A DNA stretch of 64,000 nt from an uncultured Nitrososphaerota archaeon. GTDB lineage: Archaea > Thermoproteota > Methanomethylicia > Nezhaarchaeales > B40-G2. The position numbers and the translations under genes were made by a program. The stretch covers positions 3,075 to 67,074 of the forward strand of contig CAZVDL010000005.1 in assembly GCA_964626365.1 (NCBI GenBank), written 5' to 3'. Shown in pieces: positions 63,439-64,000 of the stretch. Under the pieces are notes generated by a model. That model had not been told where the DNA came from. It did no database searches and saw only the letters and a list, made by a program, of their open reading frames with translations. Each line of letters begins with the position of its first letter. The stretch's first letter is position 1.

Positions 63439-63639
63439 AGAGGACCCCTTAGCCTCCCTAAGCTTTATCGCGGAGACCGCCTCTGAGGCCTCCCTCGCGC
63501 TCGACGCGTAGGCCAACACCTGGACCTTCGACACCTCGTTGACCTGGCCACAGTATGGGCAGCGCCTCTTAGAGTACGAGGCCATGGTCGCCTGGACCTG
63601 GCCACAGTGGCGACACCTAAAGACCACGTACCTGGACAT
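63430..63639 (-). CDS. Small zinc-ribbon protein (DUF1922-like).
   Basis: CRHCG...CPYCG form a four-Cys ribbon in a 69 aa protein. Confidence 0.5.
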   Translation of the reverse strand: MSRYVVFRCRHCGQVQATMASYSKRRCPYCGQVNEVSKVQVLAYASSAREASEAVSAIKLREAKGSSLS

Positions 63640-63718
63640 CAGGCCTGGTTAGCGGCGCTCGACTTATTAACTTTCAACTTGAAGCTTAAGGAGAGCGGAG
63701 TTGACGTCGATAGCTGAC

Positions 63719-64000
63719 ATGGTCAGGGACTCCGTTAAGCCGCTAAGGCCCTACGAGGCCTTCGAGCCTCCTCCAGGCGTCATCGAGCTAGACGCCAACG
63801 AAAACCTGGTGATCGACGAGGCCTGGGCTAAGGCCGTGCTCATCGAGGCGGCTAAATCGGTGGACCCTAGGCTCTACCCTAAGGCCTATGGAGGGGAGGC
63901 GTTAAGGGCGCTTAGCGAGCACCTAGGAGTTGATGAGCGTAACCTGGCGGTCAGCAACGGCTCAGACGAACTGATAGAGATGGCCGTGAAGGCTTTCATA
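63719..64000 (+). CDS. hisC: Histidinol-phosphate aminotransferase, N-terminal part. The gene runs off the window end.
   Basis: KPLRPYEAFEPPPGVIELDANEN ... LRALSEHLGVDERNLAVSNGSDELIE is the HisC class-II aminotransferase N-terminus (Y, NEN, GSDE). Confidence 0.7.
   Translation, partial: MVRDSVKPLRPYEAFEPPPGVIELDANENLVIDEAWAKAVLIEAAKSVDPRLYPKAYGGEALRALSEHLGVDERNLAVSNGSDELIEMAVKAFI

Noticed and set aside
1-64000. A scan for CRISPR arrays or other long tandem repeats.
   Set aside because: No periodic 24-40 nt direct repeats with unique spacers were seen in any intergenic stretch. Intergenic regions are short (mostly under 150 bp).

Overview
This 64 kb window is a high-GC, gene-dense archaeal chromosome segment. 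Codon usage (cta/agg/ata-rich) and gene content (Pelota, Trm112, PAC2, an AmmeMemoRadiSam radical SAM enzyme, a SepCysS-like enzyme, HdrABC) point to a hyperthermophilic crenarchaeon (Thermoproteota). About 80 protein-coding genes are packed with short or overlapping junctions. I found no rRNA, no convincing tRNA and no CRISPR array.

Main content, in order:
- Start of window: a divergent hdrA / hdrC-hdrB heterodisulfide reductase locus.
- 4.3-7.6 kb: thi4 co-transcribed with a two-subunit molybdopterin oxidoreductase (catalytic subunit plus a 4x[4Fe-4S] ferredoxin subunit).
- 19.8-25.8 kb: a seven-gene co-directional block with a sulfur-transfer and nucleotide-modification flavour. It encodes a CinA-like MoCF domain protein, an Elp3-like CX4CX2C radical SAM protein, a phosphoribosyltransferase, a LarE-like PP-loop ATPase, ThiI, TtuA/NcsA and a ThiS/TtuB-type sulfur carrier. 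A divergent SepCysS/SepSecS-like PLP enzyme sits next to it.
- 31.8-35.0 kb: a MoaD/SAMP-MoeB/UbaA pair lies divergently beside a second molybdopterin oxidoreductase paralog. This paralog shares short nucleotide-identical tracts with the first copy.
- Scattered housekeeping genes: tatD, htpX, an M24 peptidase, acyl-CoA dehydrogenase, acyP, Pelota, hsp20 with a PAC2 chaperone, rhomboid, hypB, leuC/hacA, ilvD, ilvC, otsB, rnhB and a partial hisC at the window end.
- 49.2-52.4 kb: an iron-uptake locus (DtxR-like regulator, HTH-FeoA fusion, FeoB).
- N-glycosylation-type genes: two GT4 glycosyltransferases, a Dol-P-Man synthase-like GT2, a polytopic membrane protein and a sequon-rich secreted protein.
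- 54.6-57.3 kb: an AT-richer islet with a resolvase-type serine recombinase, a frameshifted CBS-domain pseudogene, a CPBP/Abi protease and a Zn-ribbon protein.
- Many small zinc-ribbon proteins throughout.

All calls rest on reading the ORF translations for motifs. I ran no database searches.
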